Origin: Hydrurus foetidus
Taxonomy: Eukaryota
Assembly (NCBI GenBank): GCA_900617105.1
Contig: UYFQ01000417.1
Location: forward strand, 1 to 64,000
DNA length: 64,000 nucleotides
Reading direction: 5' to 3'
Shown: positions 1 to 11,714 of the stretch, in pieces
Numbering within the stretch: position 1 is the first letter of the stretch
Layout: the number at the start of each line of letters is the position of its first letter
Program-made: the position numbers and the translations under genes
Notes under the pieces: model-generated
The model's input: only the letters and a program-made list of their open reading frames with translations
What the model was told of the DNA's origin: nothing
The model's database searches: none

Positions 1-601
1 AACTTTATAAAGCCACAATACAGTGAGTATATTTGTGTAGGTAAGAGTTAATGGAAATAAGTGTAAAACATATAATAATAATCGTACTACTACAACTAAT
101 AGGTGCATTTGGCTCCATTTTATGTGATCTATCGCATCAATGATGCGTCATAGGATGATTCGATGAGTGCGAAATGATATTACTGGTTCAAAACAACTGC
201 AGTAAAGTACCGCAGTATTCGTCTAAAACACCCTTAGAATACAGCCAAATGTTGAACTACTATCAAACAAGATATAAAACTGCGATGTATATATATTATG
301 ATAATTGTCTTGGTGGATTCGGTCGTGACAAGCACTGCGCGGCCATCAGCCCTATCAAGGTCAGATGGTTCTATTTATGACTTATCTTATTTCATCAGAA
401 AAAAATGTACTTTTAAATGCATTTTTGAGCTTCTCACAACCAGGTTACCCACTCCTCGAAGTTTCACCAGGTAAAAGTCTAATCTTCACTGAGAAACTGG
501 ACATTTCACCCTAAAGTTGCCTGAGAATACCGGGTTACAGCCAAAAAGTGCCCGGGGCACCCTGGGCAAATCTCGCCAAAGCCTACTGTGGCAGATGGTT
601 C

Positions 602-912
602 TGTTGGAGTTACTGGGATCAGGAACTTTGATGTAGGATTGTAACCGGATGGATCCGTATGTGTAGTGTCTCCAACGGATTGATTTCATGCATGAAAGAT
701 ATGACGGTGTCCATACGTCATGGATCGTAGATTAGGATTTGTACTGTAACTGCAACTCAGGTAGCTTCGTGTCTATCAATGGGAATGATAGCGCACAAGT
801 TTTAATATCTAGTTTCTAGCATATTTCGATATCTACGATTCTTGGGCATTATCGGTGAACTGGCAGTCTTTGCGGAAGTTGTCGGTGTCTCGGAATTGAA
901 TAATCCTCAACA
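602..912 (+). repeat. Copia 5' LTR
   Basis: TGTTGGAG...CCTCAACA; direct repeat of 5985-6295. Confidence 0.97.
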
Positions 913-936
913 TATTAAAACCTTCGGCGTAAGAGT

Positions 937-3900
937 ATGCCAAAGACGAAACCAGCAGAGGCTGGTGCAAAAACTCCTGAGGAGTGTATCCTGAAAATGG
1001 GTAAAAACAACAACGTGATTCAGTGGCGTGAGGCGATGTATAATCTCGCCACTGAGGAGTTCGGTGAAGTGGGGACCTACTTCTACACGAATGTCGCGTT
1101 CAGATTTCCCTTTCCTCATGAAAGGGAATACAATCCTTTCTACGTCGAGCCTGCGGCTGAAGTATTAGTGGGGCCAGTCCCACCACCGAATGATGAGCTT
1201 GGTGAGGAAGAGGAGGACAACGAGGATGTGGAGGAGGACATTGGAGAGGTCCATGTACCGGTGCCCGACATACCTGCGGCAACCCTAGTAAAACTCGTTA
1301 ACAAACTCCGTGAGGGAGCGTACGAGGCAAGGAGGAAACGAGAAGAGGCCGCGCACTTAGCACTACGGAAAATGTGGGGAAAGACATGGGCAAGAATGTC
1401 ACCCCAGTCTCAGTCTAAGGTCCGGGAGGAGCCAGGATTCGAGGTAGCTTGTCTCAACCTCGACTCCATCAAGCTGTGGACATACATCAGGAAAAGTCAT
1501 CTTACCCATATGTTCGGTGAAGACGACGAGATGTCTGCTGCCAACGTCCATGACCAGACAATGAGATATCACAATCTTAAACAAGGAGAAAGAGAGTTCA
1601 TATCGGATTTTAAGATAAGGTTCGATCATCAAGTCAAGAGCAATGAGGGTGTTGGGATACCTGAAATTAGTGATCGACTACGCGCAATGGACTTTATTGG
1701 TAAATTGGATCACAAACGATACAATGGTATGCTTACCATTATGCGTAATAACGCATGTCAAAACGTACCTGGTGCTTACCCACGCACCCTACAAGCCGCC
1801 TATCGTACCGCCTCAACTTGGACAAGAGATGGGTTGTTGGTCCCTATGGGTAGTGATTCACACTCCGCATTTCTTGCCGATACAGCATTCATCGCTGGGA
1901 AGGGCAAGAATTTGAAAAGTTCAAAGGAAATCATAGATCCAAAGCCTGTGGATAAAGAAGAAAAAGAAAAAGTGAAAAGAGTTCCTGGGCAAGCTTGTTT
2001 CGTCTGTGGAAAGTTCGGCCACATTGCCCGGGACTGCTCGCTTAGAAAGACGCCGGACACGGCCTTACTCGTCTCAAAACTGGATGATGAACACGACAGT
2101 CAGGAGATCGGCCAATACCTGGGAGAAATTGACGATGAAGTAGCTTATCTCACAGCTGAGGAGACAATACTATTGTCGATGGATGATGTTGTCTTCGACA
2201 ACGGATCTACCGTTCATCTTTTCAAGAACAGCAAGCTTCTAACCGACATTAAAGAATCGAAACATCCGATTATCGTGAACGGAGTTCAAGCCAATGCCAG
2301 CGGAGTTCGAGTCAGTCAACAAGGAAAACTTGGCGACATTGGAATGGTGTACTACAGCCAAAACGCCAGCGCAAACATCCTCTCGATGTCAACTTTGGTC
2401 GACTCGGGAGCGAAAGTGAATTATCACTCAAGAGATAATCGATTCACCGTTCAGCCGAAAGGCAGCCAAACCATCTACAGCTTTGGTAGGAGACAATTGC
2501 CAGGTAGCCAAAGCAAGTTCTACGTTTGCAGGATGGGGCAAAGCGCTGATGATGCCTTCGTTACAACTGTATCTGACAACTTGACCAGATATACAAAGCG
2601 AGAAGTGATCGGAGCGAAGAAAGCCAGAGACCTTCTAGCCAGGCTGGGCTATCCATCAGTAGAGAATGCGATCGCGATGCTGAGGGATGGAACTGGATTC
2701 GATGTCACACCCTACGACTTCAAGGTAGCCGACGCTATTTGGGGCCCTGATATCGCGTCGATGAGAGGCAAGACAACAAGGTCCAAATCTATGGCACCAA
2801 ACACCTCACTGAGTGTTCCAGTGCTCCAGCAGCAGCAGACAGTAGTCATAGATATCATGTTCATAGACCAAGTCAGCACTCTCGTCGCAGTGGCATATCC
2901 ACTTGACCTGACATTCGGTGTCACACTTGATAGGACGACCTCCGGGAAAGCAAGCAGAACAGCAGAGTCCGTGAAGAAGGCCCTCGACATCATACTGTCA
3001 ACATTGAAGTCAAGGAATTTCCTCACCCTGGCGATCTACAGCGATGGAGAGGGTGCTATCGCGAAACTTACACCTCAGCTCAACAGCATGGGAATCGAGG
3101 TTGACGTTAGCGGAGCAGGAGGCCACGTAGCTCGTATCGAGCGACGTATAAGAGTCATCAAAGAAAGGGTTCGCGCACATATTTGTGGGAGACTTCCGTA
3201 CGCGCTCAATATTGTTGGCCTATCCTTCCTCATCCTATTCTGCATTTCTCGGCTGAACTATCAACACTCAAGCACGCGACCGGGAGGGCTCACGCCACGT
3301 GAAGCATTCACAGGCCAGAGGGTCGATGCGGGAAAAGACTTTCGGGGGGCTTTTGGTGATTCAGTTGTGTATACGGAACCATACACAAGCAGTGATATGA
3401 AGTCGCGGATCGGGCAGGGGATCCTATACCTCCCAACCGGCAACAGAACGGGAAGTGTGAAATGTCTGAATGTCAGCACCGGGTCGATTGTCACACGAGA
3501 TACCATCAGAATCGTACCTACAACTACTGCCATCATCAAAGTCATGAATGATCTTGCAGCACTCGATGGGCGCTACATGTCGAAATTACCTGCTGCTGTG
3601 CATGACCTGATATATAATCAAAGTGTCAGCAAGCATAATATGCCAACATTTCTTCCTCTTCAACCCGCCATCAAGGATATGGGTGCACTAGCTCTTATAC
3701 CCGACAATCCTACTCGTGCTGAGCCACTGGTGCTTGCTGACACACTCGATCCAGTACCTGCACTAACAGACGATGACGTGCAGCATGTCGAGGGAGGAGT
3801 CAGAGTTGTCAAAGCAGTGTCACCTGAGCTTCCCAACAATGAGTTCACACTAGATCCTCCAGACCAAATTCAACTGGAGGACACACCAGTGCACGAGGAT

Positions 3901-5847
3901 ACACGCAACAATGAAGACCGACACGTCACTGAGGACCACATAGTGGAAACAGATACTGGCCATGCGGACACATCAGTGTCACAGGAGGAGTCGCCCGTTA
4001 GCCAATCACGTCCACCACCACACTCATCCAGCTTACCAGTTCCACTTCCACATCGGTACCGTACAAGATGGCAGCAGAACAACCGCAACATCGAGGGTGC
4101 GGCCCTGGTCACATCAGGGGTGACACCGATAAAGGTCAAACTATCGAGCTCAGCAGTCGAGTCCATCACTGCATTTCTCGAGAAGCGAAATAGGGAAGGG
4201 ATACCAGACCCAAGTTCTAATGTGAGTGTCAAGACAGCACTCAGAACCAGGGGAGAGGATGCAGAGAGGGTGATTGTCAAGGAGCTGACACAGATGGATA
4301 CGCTGAAGGTATGGAAACCCATGCACGCTGAAGATCTAGACGCATCACAGAAAGCATCAGTGATCAGATCTTCAATGTTCCTCAAGAGAAAGATACATCC
4401 TGATGGATCCTTCGATAAATACAAGGCGAGGCTGGTGGCAGGAGGAGACATGCAGAACAAGGACCTGTACGAGGACCTATCCTCACCCACCGTATCCACC
4501 AGTGCAGTGTTTACCATTATTGCGATAGCTGCACATGAGAAGAGGCACGTGGCAGTAGTGGACATAGGAAGTGCATTTCTAAATGCGGTGATGCCGAAGA
4601 GTATCCAGGTGCATATGCGATTAGATAACACGATGAGCGAGTACATGGTGAAGATCAACCCAATGTATTCTGGGTATCGTCAGAGGAACGGGTCCATAAT
4701 AGTGCTATTAAAAAAGGCACTATATGGGTGTGTAGAGAGTGCATCACTCTGGTACGAGAATCTCAGATTATCCCTAAAGGGATTGGGGTACGTCAGAAAC
4801 GAAACAGACATCTGTGTGTACAACAAAGCGAGCAAAGATGGGGTGCAGTGCACACTCTGTGTTCATGTTGATGACTTGCTAATTACAAGTATGAGCACAG
4901 ACATGATACATGAACTGACCGATGGTCTGAGGAGAATATACGGAGACATTTCTCTCAAGTACGGTGATATGATCAACTACCTCGGTATGTCCATTGACTT
5001 GACTCACTCAGGTGAAGCCAGACTTACTATGTGCGGGTATGTCAATGAGATTCTATTGACATCAGGGGTGACCGGGACAGCTCGAACTCCAGCGTCGGAC
5101 AACCTGTTCGACGACGACGAGTCAGACTATGTGAGCGAAAGTTTGCGAGTTTGGTTCCATCGAGTAGTTGCGCAGCTCCTCTATCTCGCCAAACGCACAA
5201 GACCAGAGTGCCTGACTGGAGTAGCTTACCTGGCAACCAGAGTCACAAGATGCACTGTACGTGATGTAGAGAAGTTGCACAGAATGGTGCGGTACATCAG
5301 GTGGACCTCAGACCATGGTGTGGTGCTTAGACCAGGGGTATTAGGCATAGTTGTGAGGCTGTATGTGGACGCGTCATACGGAGTTCATAGGGACGGGAAA
5401 TCTCATACTGGGTCATGCGTCGTTATCGGAGACATAGGAGCGGTGCACTGTCGGTCCACGAAGCAGCAGATAGTAGCGAAAAGCAGCACTGAGGCAGAGC
5501 TTGTAGGACTATCGGATTCAGCTAACCAAGGCCTATACATTAGGAATTTCCTCATCATGCAAGGATATCGGATGGCTCCTTTGATAGTGTACCAAGACAA
5601 CTTATCATGCATGGCCTTACTGGCACGAGGACGTTCAGGTGCAGAACGAACTAGACATGTCGCTATCCGGTATTTCTGGACCAAGGAACGAGTCGACATG
5701 GGTGAAATGAGAATAGTGCATAAAGGCACAAAGGAGATGTATGCGAATGTACTGACAAAACCCCTCCAGGGTTCTCAGTTCGTCTATGAGAAAGCAAGTC
5801 TCACAGGATGGGGAGTGCCTTCCATTGTCGTGACAGAAATCAAATGA
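937..5847 (+). CDS. Copia gag-pol polyprotein (CCHC knuckle, protease, integrase, RT, RNase H)
   Basis: 1636-aa ORF. Motifs: CFVCGKFGHIARDC knuckle; FDNGST protease; IDIMF...YSDGEG...RIERRIR integrase; YKARLVAGG, LKKALYG and HVDDLL RT; YVDASY, SSTEAE and YQDN RNase H. Integrase-before-RT order defines Copia. Confidence 0.97.
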   Translation: MPKTKPAEAGAKTPEECILKMGKNNNVIQWREAMYNLATEEFGEVGTYFYTNVAFRFPFPHEREYNPFYVEPAAEVLVGPVPPPNDELGEEEEDNEDVEEDIGEVHVPVPDIPAATLVKLVNKLREGAYEARRKREEAAHLALRKMWGKTWARMSPQSQSKVREEPGFEVACLNLDSIKLWTYIRKSHLTHMFGEDDEMSAANVHDQTMRYHNLKQGEREFISDFKIRFDHQVKSNEGVGIPEISDRLRAMDFIGKLDHKRYNGMLTIMRNNACQNVPGAYPRTLQAAYRTASTWTRDGLLVPMGSDSHSAFLADTAFIAGKGKNLKSSKEIIDPKPVDKEEKEKVKRVPGQACFVCGKFGHIARDCSLRKTPDTALLVSKLDDEHDSQEIGQYLGEIDDEVAYLTAEETILLSMDDVVFDNGSTVHLFKNSKLLTDIKESKHPIIVNGVQANASGVRVSQQGKLGDIGMVYYSQNASANILSMSTLVDSGAKVNYHSRDNRFTVQPKGSQTIYSFGRRQLPGSQSKFYVCRMGQSADDAFVTTVSDNLTRYTKREVIGAKKARDLLARLGYPSVENAIAMLRDGTGFDVTPYDFKVADAIWGPDIASMRGKTTRSKSMAPNTSLSVPVLQQQQTVVIDIMFIDQVSTLVAVAYPLDLTFGVTLDRTTSGKASRTAESVKKALDIILSTLKSRNFLTLAIYSDGEGAIAKLTPQLNSMGIEVDVSGAGGHVARIERRIRVIKERVRAHICGRLPYALNIVGLSFLILFCISRLNYQHSSTRPGGLTPREAFTGQRVDAGKDFRGAFGDSVVYTEPYTSSDMKSRIGQGILYLPTGNRTGSVKCLNVSTGSIVTRDTIRIVPTTTAIIKVMNDLAALDGRYMSKLPAAVHDLIYNQSVSKHNMPTFLPLQPAIKDMGALALIPDNPTRAEPLVLADTLDPVPALTDDDVQHVEGGVRVVKAVSPELPNNEFTLDPPDQIQLEDTPVHEDTRNNEDRHVTEDHIVETDTGHADTSVSQEESPVSQSRPPPHSSSLPVPLPHRYRTRWQQNNRNIEGAALVTSGVTPIKVKLSSSAVESITAFLEKRNREGIPDPSSNVSVKTALRTRGEDAERVIVKELTQMDTLKVWKPMHAEDLDASQKASVIRSSMFLKRKIHPDGSFDKYKARLVAGGDMQNKDLYEDLSSPTVSTSAVFTIIAIAAHEKRHVAVVDIGSAFLNAVMPKSIQVHMRLDNTMSEYMVKINPMYSGYRQRNGSIIVLLKKALYGCVESASLWYENLRLSLKGLGYVRNETDICVYNKASKDGVQCTLCVHVDDLLITSMSTDMIHELTDGLRRIYGDISLKYGDMINYLGMSIDLTHSGEARLTMCGYVNEILLTSGVTGTARTPASDNLFDDDESDYVSESLRVWFHRVVAQLLYLAKRTRPECLTGVAYLATRVTRCTVRDVEKLHRMVRYIRWTSDHGVVLRPGVLGIVVRLYVDASYGVHRDGKSHTGSCVVIGDIGAVHCRSTKQQIVAKSSTEAELVGLSDSANQGLYIRNFLIMQGYRMAPLIVYQDNLSCMALLARGRSGAERTRHVAIRYFWTKERVDMGEMRIVHKGTKEMYANVLTKPLQGSQFVYEKASLTGWGVPSIVVTEIK

Positions 5848-5984
5848 AGTGAAAGGGATGTCACCCTTTGAGAAGAGACATAAGCTTTTATATAGTCTAG
5901 TCGCCGTAAATTTTATGATAATCATTTTGTATTCTGTTGGTTGCCTTGCTTCATGAGTACCACCTATTTACAGTCCTAGGGGTG

Positions 5985-6295
5985 TGTTGGAGTTACTGGG
6001 ATCAGGAACTTTGATGTAGGATTGTAACCGGATGGATCCGTATGTGTAGTGTCTCCAACGGATTGATTTCATGCATGAAAGATATGACGGTGTCCATACG
6101 TCATGGATCGTAGATTAGGATTTGTACTGTAACTGCAACTCAGGTAGCTTCGTGTCTATCAATGGGAATGATAGCGCACAAGTTTTAATATCTAGTTTCT
6201 AGCATATTTCGATATCTACGATTCTTGGGCATTATCGGTGAACTGGCAGCCTTTGCGGAAGTTGTCGGTGTCTCGGAATTGAATAATCCTCAACA
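5985..6295 (+). repeat. Copia 3' LTR
   Basis: Direct repeat of 602-912. Confidence 0.97.
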
Positions 6296-6953
6296 GGTTC
6301 TATTCCTCTGCATTCCGGCCGCTACCCGGTCGGATGATACCGTACCTCCCGGCAAAGGGGTTAGCTTCTCAAACACCCTTAAAGATGAGTGTCCTTCACC
6401 CACACAATGTGTAACCGCCACGTTGCGGATCCGACCGAAATCCCATTCAATTTATCATCGAAATGTTATAAACCTAGACAACATATTCATACACTGCAAC
6501 TACCAGACGCAGAACTCGACTGTCAACCAGTGACATCTTCTCTCTGTCAGAACGTCAAAATTGTTCAGTCGATTGGGCCACTTTCTCCTTTTTCTCCAAC
6601 GTGTTTTTGAGCCGCAAATCGAAATCACTCACCATATTCATGAGGTCATCGAAATCCGAGGCCATAATTCACAACAGGTTGAATCCAAAACATCGCTGAC
6701 ATTATCCTCGTCTTCATTGAACATCCAAGAAGTCATTTCAATGCCCTCCCATTGAAATCTGATCTGTCTTCATTTTCATTTATTTTTTGATAGTGGAAAG
6801 CTACGATCGTGTGCCTGCACGTTCAAATGGTGCTTATCCATCAGAGGACGCCATCTTTTTTGCGATGTAACTGTCCAGATACCATCGGTACAAAGGGAAA
6901 TTGAAATTTCGGCTGATCTTCTGGGAGTATGTGAGCTAAAACTTTCTGATAGA

Positions 6954-9798
6954 GTGTCCATTATTCATTTTTTCGAGGCAGACATTATGGTGAAGGCTTC
7001 AGCGGACGGTCAAGCGTCATTCGATTGCATTGATCCGAGTGGACCCACAAAGTATCAGGTCATGGATACGGGAAACTTCAGTAGGGATTCCCCAGCTAGA
7101 CCTGCTGCCACAAAATCCGATATAGAAAATTCTGTTTTCTACGGTCTATCTACTCTTCTGTACTCTGACTATTTGTTGACAGCTTGTACATGGAAGAAAC
7201 GAAAGTTGTCGTCTTCCAAGAGAAAGGCTATGAAATTACCGTCATCATCTGTTGAGGATATCATGTCGCCTCCAGTAAGTGCATTATCAGCTTTTATAAA
7301 CAGCATTGATTCGATGAAGGCTGGAAGGAAACCGGAGGTCCCCTACCATGAAAGTTTTGTTGGTACTTCTATGAAATTACTCTTATTGATAAAGGCACTG
7401 CAAGAACACGGTAGGCTTTGTTCTGGTAACATTGTAACAAGAAGAAACAGTGTAGTGTTGAAAAGGCTTTCTCTTTCAGTCGCCATCAACTGTACTTGTG
7501 GAAAGCACTGTAAGGTCTGGGATAAAGGGATATACAAGTGGATATCAACAGCTAGTGTAGTACATCCTGACGGCAATAAAACAGTAATGATTCCAGACAT
7601 TCTTTATTCGATGGCGTGCTATTTGACACCAACAACAAAAGCGCATGCTGACCAGTTCCTATCGTGTATGTTGCTAACTCCACCATCTCGACGACTCCTG
7701 GACGATCTCGTCAGAAATTTCGTGGCCCCATACCTAGTACAAGAAAAAGAGAAGATAATATCAGATAGGTGGATTTGAAGGAGGGACTTATCATCAATAT
7801 GGATGTAGGTTACACTGGTGCTCGGAAGGCCCAGTGCGCTACTGTTATGGTTGGGTCTGGATCACGAGTTGTTTTCTCAAGAACTGACACAGAAAATGGA
7901 GCATGGTTAAAGGAGGGGATTCTGGTGCCAGCAGCACTTGAAGAAGCAATCAATATTAGAAAACTAGATGTGGTCGCGGTGAAATTGATGATAACGCTTC
8001 CAACGAAAAGAAAATCGAGAGTTAGAAAAGGGTGAACGGGCCTTCAGAGTACACAGAGGAAAATGTAAAAGGACTCAATGATGTATTCCACGCTGCGAAA
8101 AGTATGGGAAAACAAGCAATACAAATCATGTCGTTATTCGTTGAACAAATCATATCAAAGGTGAAGCCGCTGACCGTGATAATCCCTTTAGGGGTAGACT
8201 TACATGAGATGATACTGTCCCCACTATTGACTGAATTGACTTCAAATTTCGATTCTTACTTCCTCGATATCAAAGAGAAGTTTCAATACATTGGGGCTGC
8301 TGAGTGGGTTGCTGCGAACAGCAGCATATCTAGTATGCAGGATTTTGCAAATAGTGTGCAGCAAGTTGATTCCACGATAGACTATAAACATTGGTCTCCA
8401 ATCGTTAACGCATGGAACGAAACGAAGCCTCCTTCAGCAAATTTAGCTGATAATATCTCTTCGATACAAATATCAAAAACTACGTCATTGAGATGTTTGA
8501 ATGCCGTGGCAAAAGCAGCATCTAGATTAGTTAGTGGAGAAGAATTAAATGAAGAAAACAAAAAGAATTGCTTTGAGTTTTTGAGAAAAACCTTACCGCC
8601 AATCTGCTTTAGAGGAGACAACTTCAGTGTCAATTTTCTGGAGTGCCTGGAAACCAAAGCAAAAATAGCAATCACGACAAACGAAAAATCAATTAATAAT
8701 AAGCAAAAGATAGATGAAAATTTCGAGAAAAGTAACAAGATTATGAATGAAATATTCGGGACAAAAGCTCCCTCTCTTTCCGAGATAAAAAAACTCAAAA
8801 CAGACAAAGTAGTGATGCTGGCTCGACATTTAGATTTTCATGTACCGACACCTACCCTCAAGAATGATGTGAGAGAAGCAAGGGAGCACTGTTCCAAGAA
8901 CCTGTGGCGACTTCAAAGCTTATGGGAGGATGTTGAAGCGGCTTTAATTGCAGCTCATCGAGCATTCTCTGCGCGTATCGGAGAGTACAAGAAGCTATTG
9001 AAAACATTGATACGGGTCGTTAATGAAACTTATGGGATGTGGTCAGTCGAATTCAAGATGTACTTCGTGCTGAGCGGGCTGATTAACTTTTCAAAACATT
9101 TCCAAAACGATCACAGTGATTGTTCAAGATTCATATGGTGGACTCAATGTTCAAGAGCACATTTGAATGAATATTTACCTGCTCAGGATTATGTCAACAA
9201 CATATCATGCGGTCGCGGTGTACGGTGCAATGTGTACGTACCAATACTTTTTAATATTTTGGTTACAGCAGTAACCTTCAGCCCGTACATGGAGAATCTA
9301 CTATCAAAGTGCATATTGTATTCGAAGACGACAATTTGTGAGTCTTATTTTCACTGGCTAGGTATAATGGTACCAAAATGGCAGAATGTTACCAAAAATG
9401 AGTACATTTTGAGAGAGGCAGCTGCGTTTATAGCATTCAGCAAAAGGCAAGACGACAAGTTGCTGTACACGAAGAAGCTGAGACAACATAAATACGCATC
9501 TACTTTAGTTGGGACAGCTGGGCAGAAAAACGCAAGATATGAAAGATTCATTTTCGAGGCCATTTCACATGTTGTTCCGTCAGATTTATCATCAATGAAC
9601 GCAGTGTGTCATTTTATGATATGTTATGTGATATTACGTAAACGAAGTTTAGCAAATGATGATCAAATGGAGCATTGTTACAATTGTAAAACTCTTGTTC
9701 ATGAATCATGTCTTCACACTAATAGTACTGGTTGGAGCGAAAACGATGATAAGAGTTATTGCTCGCAGTGCACTTTGTTTATTCATATTAATATTTAG
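6954..9798 (+). pseudogene. Kolobok DDE transposase, disrupted, with C-terminal PHD-like finger
   Basis: Spread over ORFs 6954-7778, 7769-8035 and 8032-9798. Motifs: INMDVGY; (E)IDDN, readable only after a 1-nt shift near 7980 and followed by an in-frame TAG; NDVFHAAK; TTICESYFHWLGIMVPK; C-terminal CYNC..VHESC...CSQC. Exon structure and start are uncertain. Confidence 0.75.
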
Positions 9799-9801
9799 AG
9801 T

Positions 9802-10473
9802 CTAATTTTCTTTAAAACCCATGTAATACCCACTTTCGCTAGGATGCAATTGTCTAATTTTAGCTATACCATAATTTGGTAATCTACGTCTTTCGCCTTT
9901 CTCAAGTGCACCAAAATCAAGAGCAATAAACAGTTTTTTATAGTAATACTTTCTTATCTCATTATTTGGTCTACGGTGCAAGTTGTCAATTCCCTCTACA
10001 GCCAACAAATACAGTTCATCAAATCTTATTGGATATGCACAATTGACAAGAAATTCAAAGTTATTTTCTTGCAAGCAAAATGCTAAACTAAAATCTTCAC
10101 AGTCACATATTCCACAAAGTGCACCACGAAAAGTTGACGACATATCCGGGAATGGAGGACAGTGAGTATGATCATGAATGATGCGATCATGAAGTTGCAC
10201 CTTATCTCCATGATTTTCTGCGCTCTCGATAGAATCGTTGTCGTCTTCTGCGTCACTTCCGCCATCGTCATTCTCACTTTCATCATCTGAGTCGTCGGAC
10301 ATATTCGAGGCAGAGTTCCAGAAGTCATTATTTACATTGGCCACGATGTCATCTCCATCCTCCTCATCGACCATAACTTCAATAAATCGTGATCGACCAT
10401 TGCTGCGAATTGCAGCCCTTACTACATCAATGAACTCGTCTTCTGAAGCTTCAGAGAGCTCAATCTTATTCAT
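9802..10473 (-). CDS. KolX-like second protein of Kolobok (resembles the P2X7 C-terminal ballast-type domain)
   Basis: Acidic N-terminus, Cys cluster, and C-terminal NNEIRKYYY...GALEKGERRRLPNYGIAKIRQLHPSESGYYMGFK. The ATG at 10473 lies 3 nt past the inner end of the right TIR. Confidence 0.75.
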   Translation of the reverse strand: MNKIELSEASEDEFIDVVRAAIRSNGRSRFIEVMVDEEDGDDIVANVNNDFWNSASNMSDDSDDESENDDGGSDAEDDNDSIESAENHGDKVQLHDRIIHDHTHCPPFPDMSSTFRGALCGICDCEDFSLAFCLQENNFEFLVNCAYPIRFDELYLLAVEGIDNLHRRPNNEIRKYYYKKLFIALDFGALEKGERRRLPNYGIAKIRQLHPSESGYYMGFKEN

Positions 10474-11714
10474 CGCTATCAAAAAATAAATGAAAATGAA
10501 GACAGATCAGATTTCAATGGGAGGGCATTGAAATGACTTCTTGGATGTTCAATGAAGACGAGGATAATGTCAGCGATGTTTTGGATTCAACCTGTTGTGA
10601 ATTATGGCCTCGGATTTCGATGACCTCATGAATATGGTGAGTGATTTCGATTTGCGGCTCAAAAACACGTTGGAGAAAAAGGAGAAAGTGGCCCAATCGA
10701 CTGAACAATTTTGACGTTCTGACAGAGAGAAGATGTCACTGGTTGACAGTCGAGTTCTGCGTCTGGTAGTTGCAGTGTATGAATATGTTGTCTAGGTTTA
10801 TAACATTTCGATGATAAATTGAATGGGATTTCGGTCGGATCCGCAACGTGGCGGTTACACATTGTGTGGGTGAAGGACACTCATCTTTAAGACTGGGGAG
10901 GTGCACTAGATAACGGGCTGTTAATTAACCAATGTGAATTGCCCTACAAGTGGCGTCACTCGCGCGCCAGCTAGTGCCCACCCACCCTATCCGTGTAGCC
11001 GCTGACTCAGCCGGCTGCGCTGGTATGGGATGGACCGTGGACCCAGAAAAGCCCTTCACCGGCTGGCGCACGTGCGGTCAGACAAAACACATTTACACAA
11101 AAACTATAATAGGAATGGTTGGCTACGGGGTAAATAAAAACATGCCACGCTGCTGCAATGATTAGCAAGCAGGTGCAGTGCATCAAACGCTGCGATCAAG
11201 TCGAGATCGCAGGTTTAAAAAGATATGATGCGTGTATCTAGAGTAGCTATGCAACGAGACTTGCGTCTCTCATAATGAGTGATGTGGAGATGGGAATGGA
11301 AGACTATACTATGGACCGACCGGTTGCTTGAAATTCCAGTTCAGAGAACCTATACAGCCCTCGGCAAGCTCCGGGTATCCTCTAATTCTATTCCTCTGCA
11401 TTCCGGCCGCTACCCGGTCGGATGATACCGTACCTCCCGGCAAAGGGGTTAGCTTCTCAAACACCCTTAAGACCGGGGAGGTGCACTTGATAACGGGCTG
11501 TTAGTTAACCAATGTGAGTTGCCCTACAAGTGGCGTCACTCGCGCGCCAGCTAGTGCCCACCCACCCTATCCGTGTATCCGCTGACTCAGTCGGCTGCGC
11601 TGGTATAGGATGGACCGTGGACCCAGAAAAGCCCTTCACCCACAGCTACCTAGGGTGCTCCTGATGGTCATCTCGTTCCTGTTGGCCACGGTCTCCGCTG
11701 CTCATATGTATTCG

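Larger units (their letters stand above)
602..6295 (+). mobile_element. Ty1/Copia LTR retrotransposon, full length, recent
   Basis: 311-bp LTRs (602-912, 5985-6295) with TG...CA ends; one mismatch seen. 5-bp TSD GGTTC (597-601, 6296-6300). Short purine tract AGGGGTG before the 3' LTR. One gag-pol ORF. Confidence 0.97.
6383..10886 (+). mobile_element. Kolobok DNA transposon with 411-bp TIRs
   Basis: TIRs at 6383-6793 and 10476-10886 with AG...CT termini. TTAA TSD (6379-6382, 10887-10890). Empty paralogous site ACACCCTTAAGAC at 11461-11473. Convergent transposase and KolX-like genes. TTAA TSD with RR...YY ends is the established Kolobok signature. Confidence 0.88.

Noticed and set aside
362..375. 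CAGATGGTTCTATT matches the reconstructed pre-Copia junction
   Set aside because: Similarity does not extend on either side, and no consistent duplication model explains it.
3870..4658. 262-aa antisense ORF in Copia and other antisense ORFs in long TE genes
   Set aside because: Shadow frames of the sense polyproteins, with no independent motifs.
6389..6755. Identical small ORFs here and at 10514-10880
   Set aside because: They are the two Kolobok TIRs read in mirror orientation.
6379..10890. piggyBac assignment from the TTAA TSD
   Set aside because: The termini are AG...CT rather than CC...GG, and the protein motifs and second ORF fit Kolobok.
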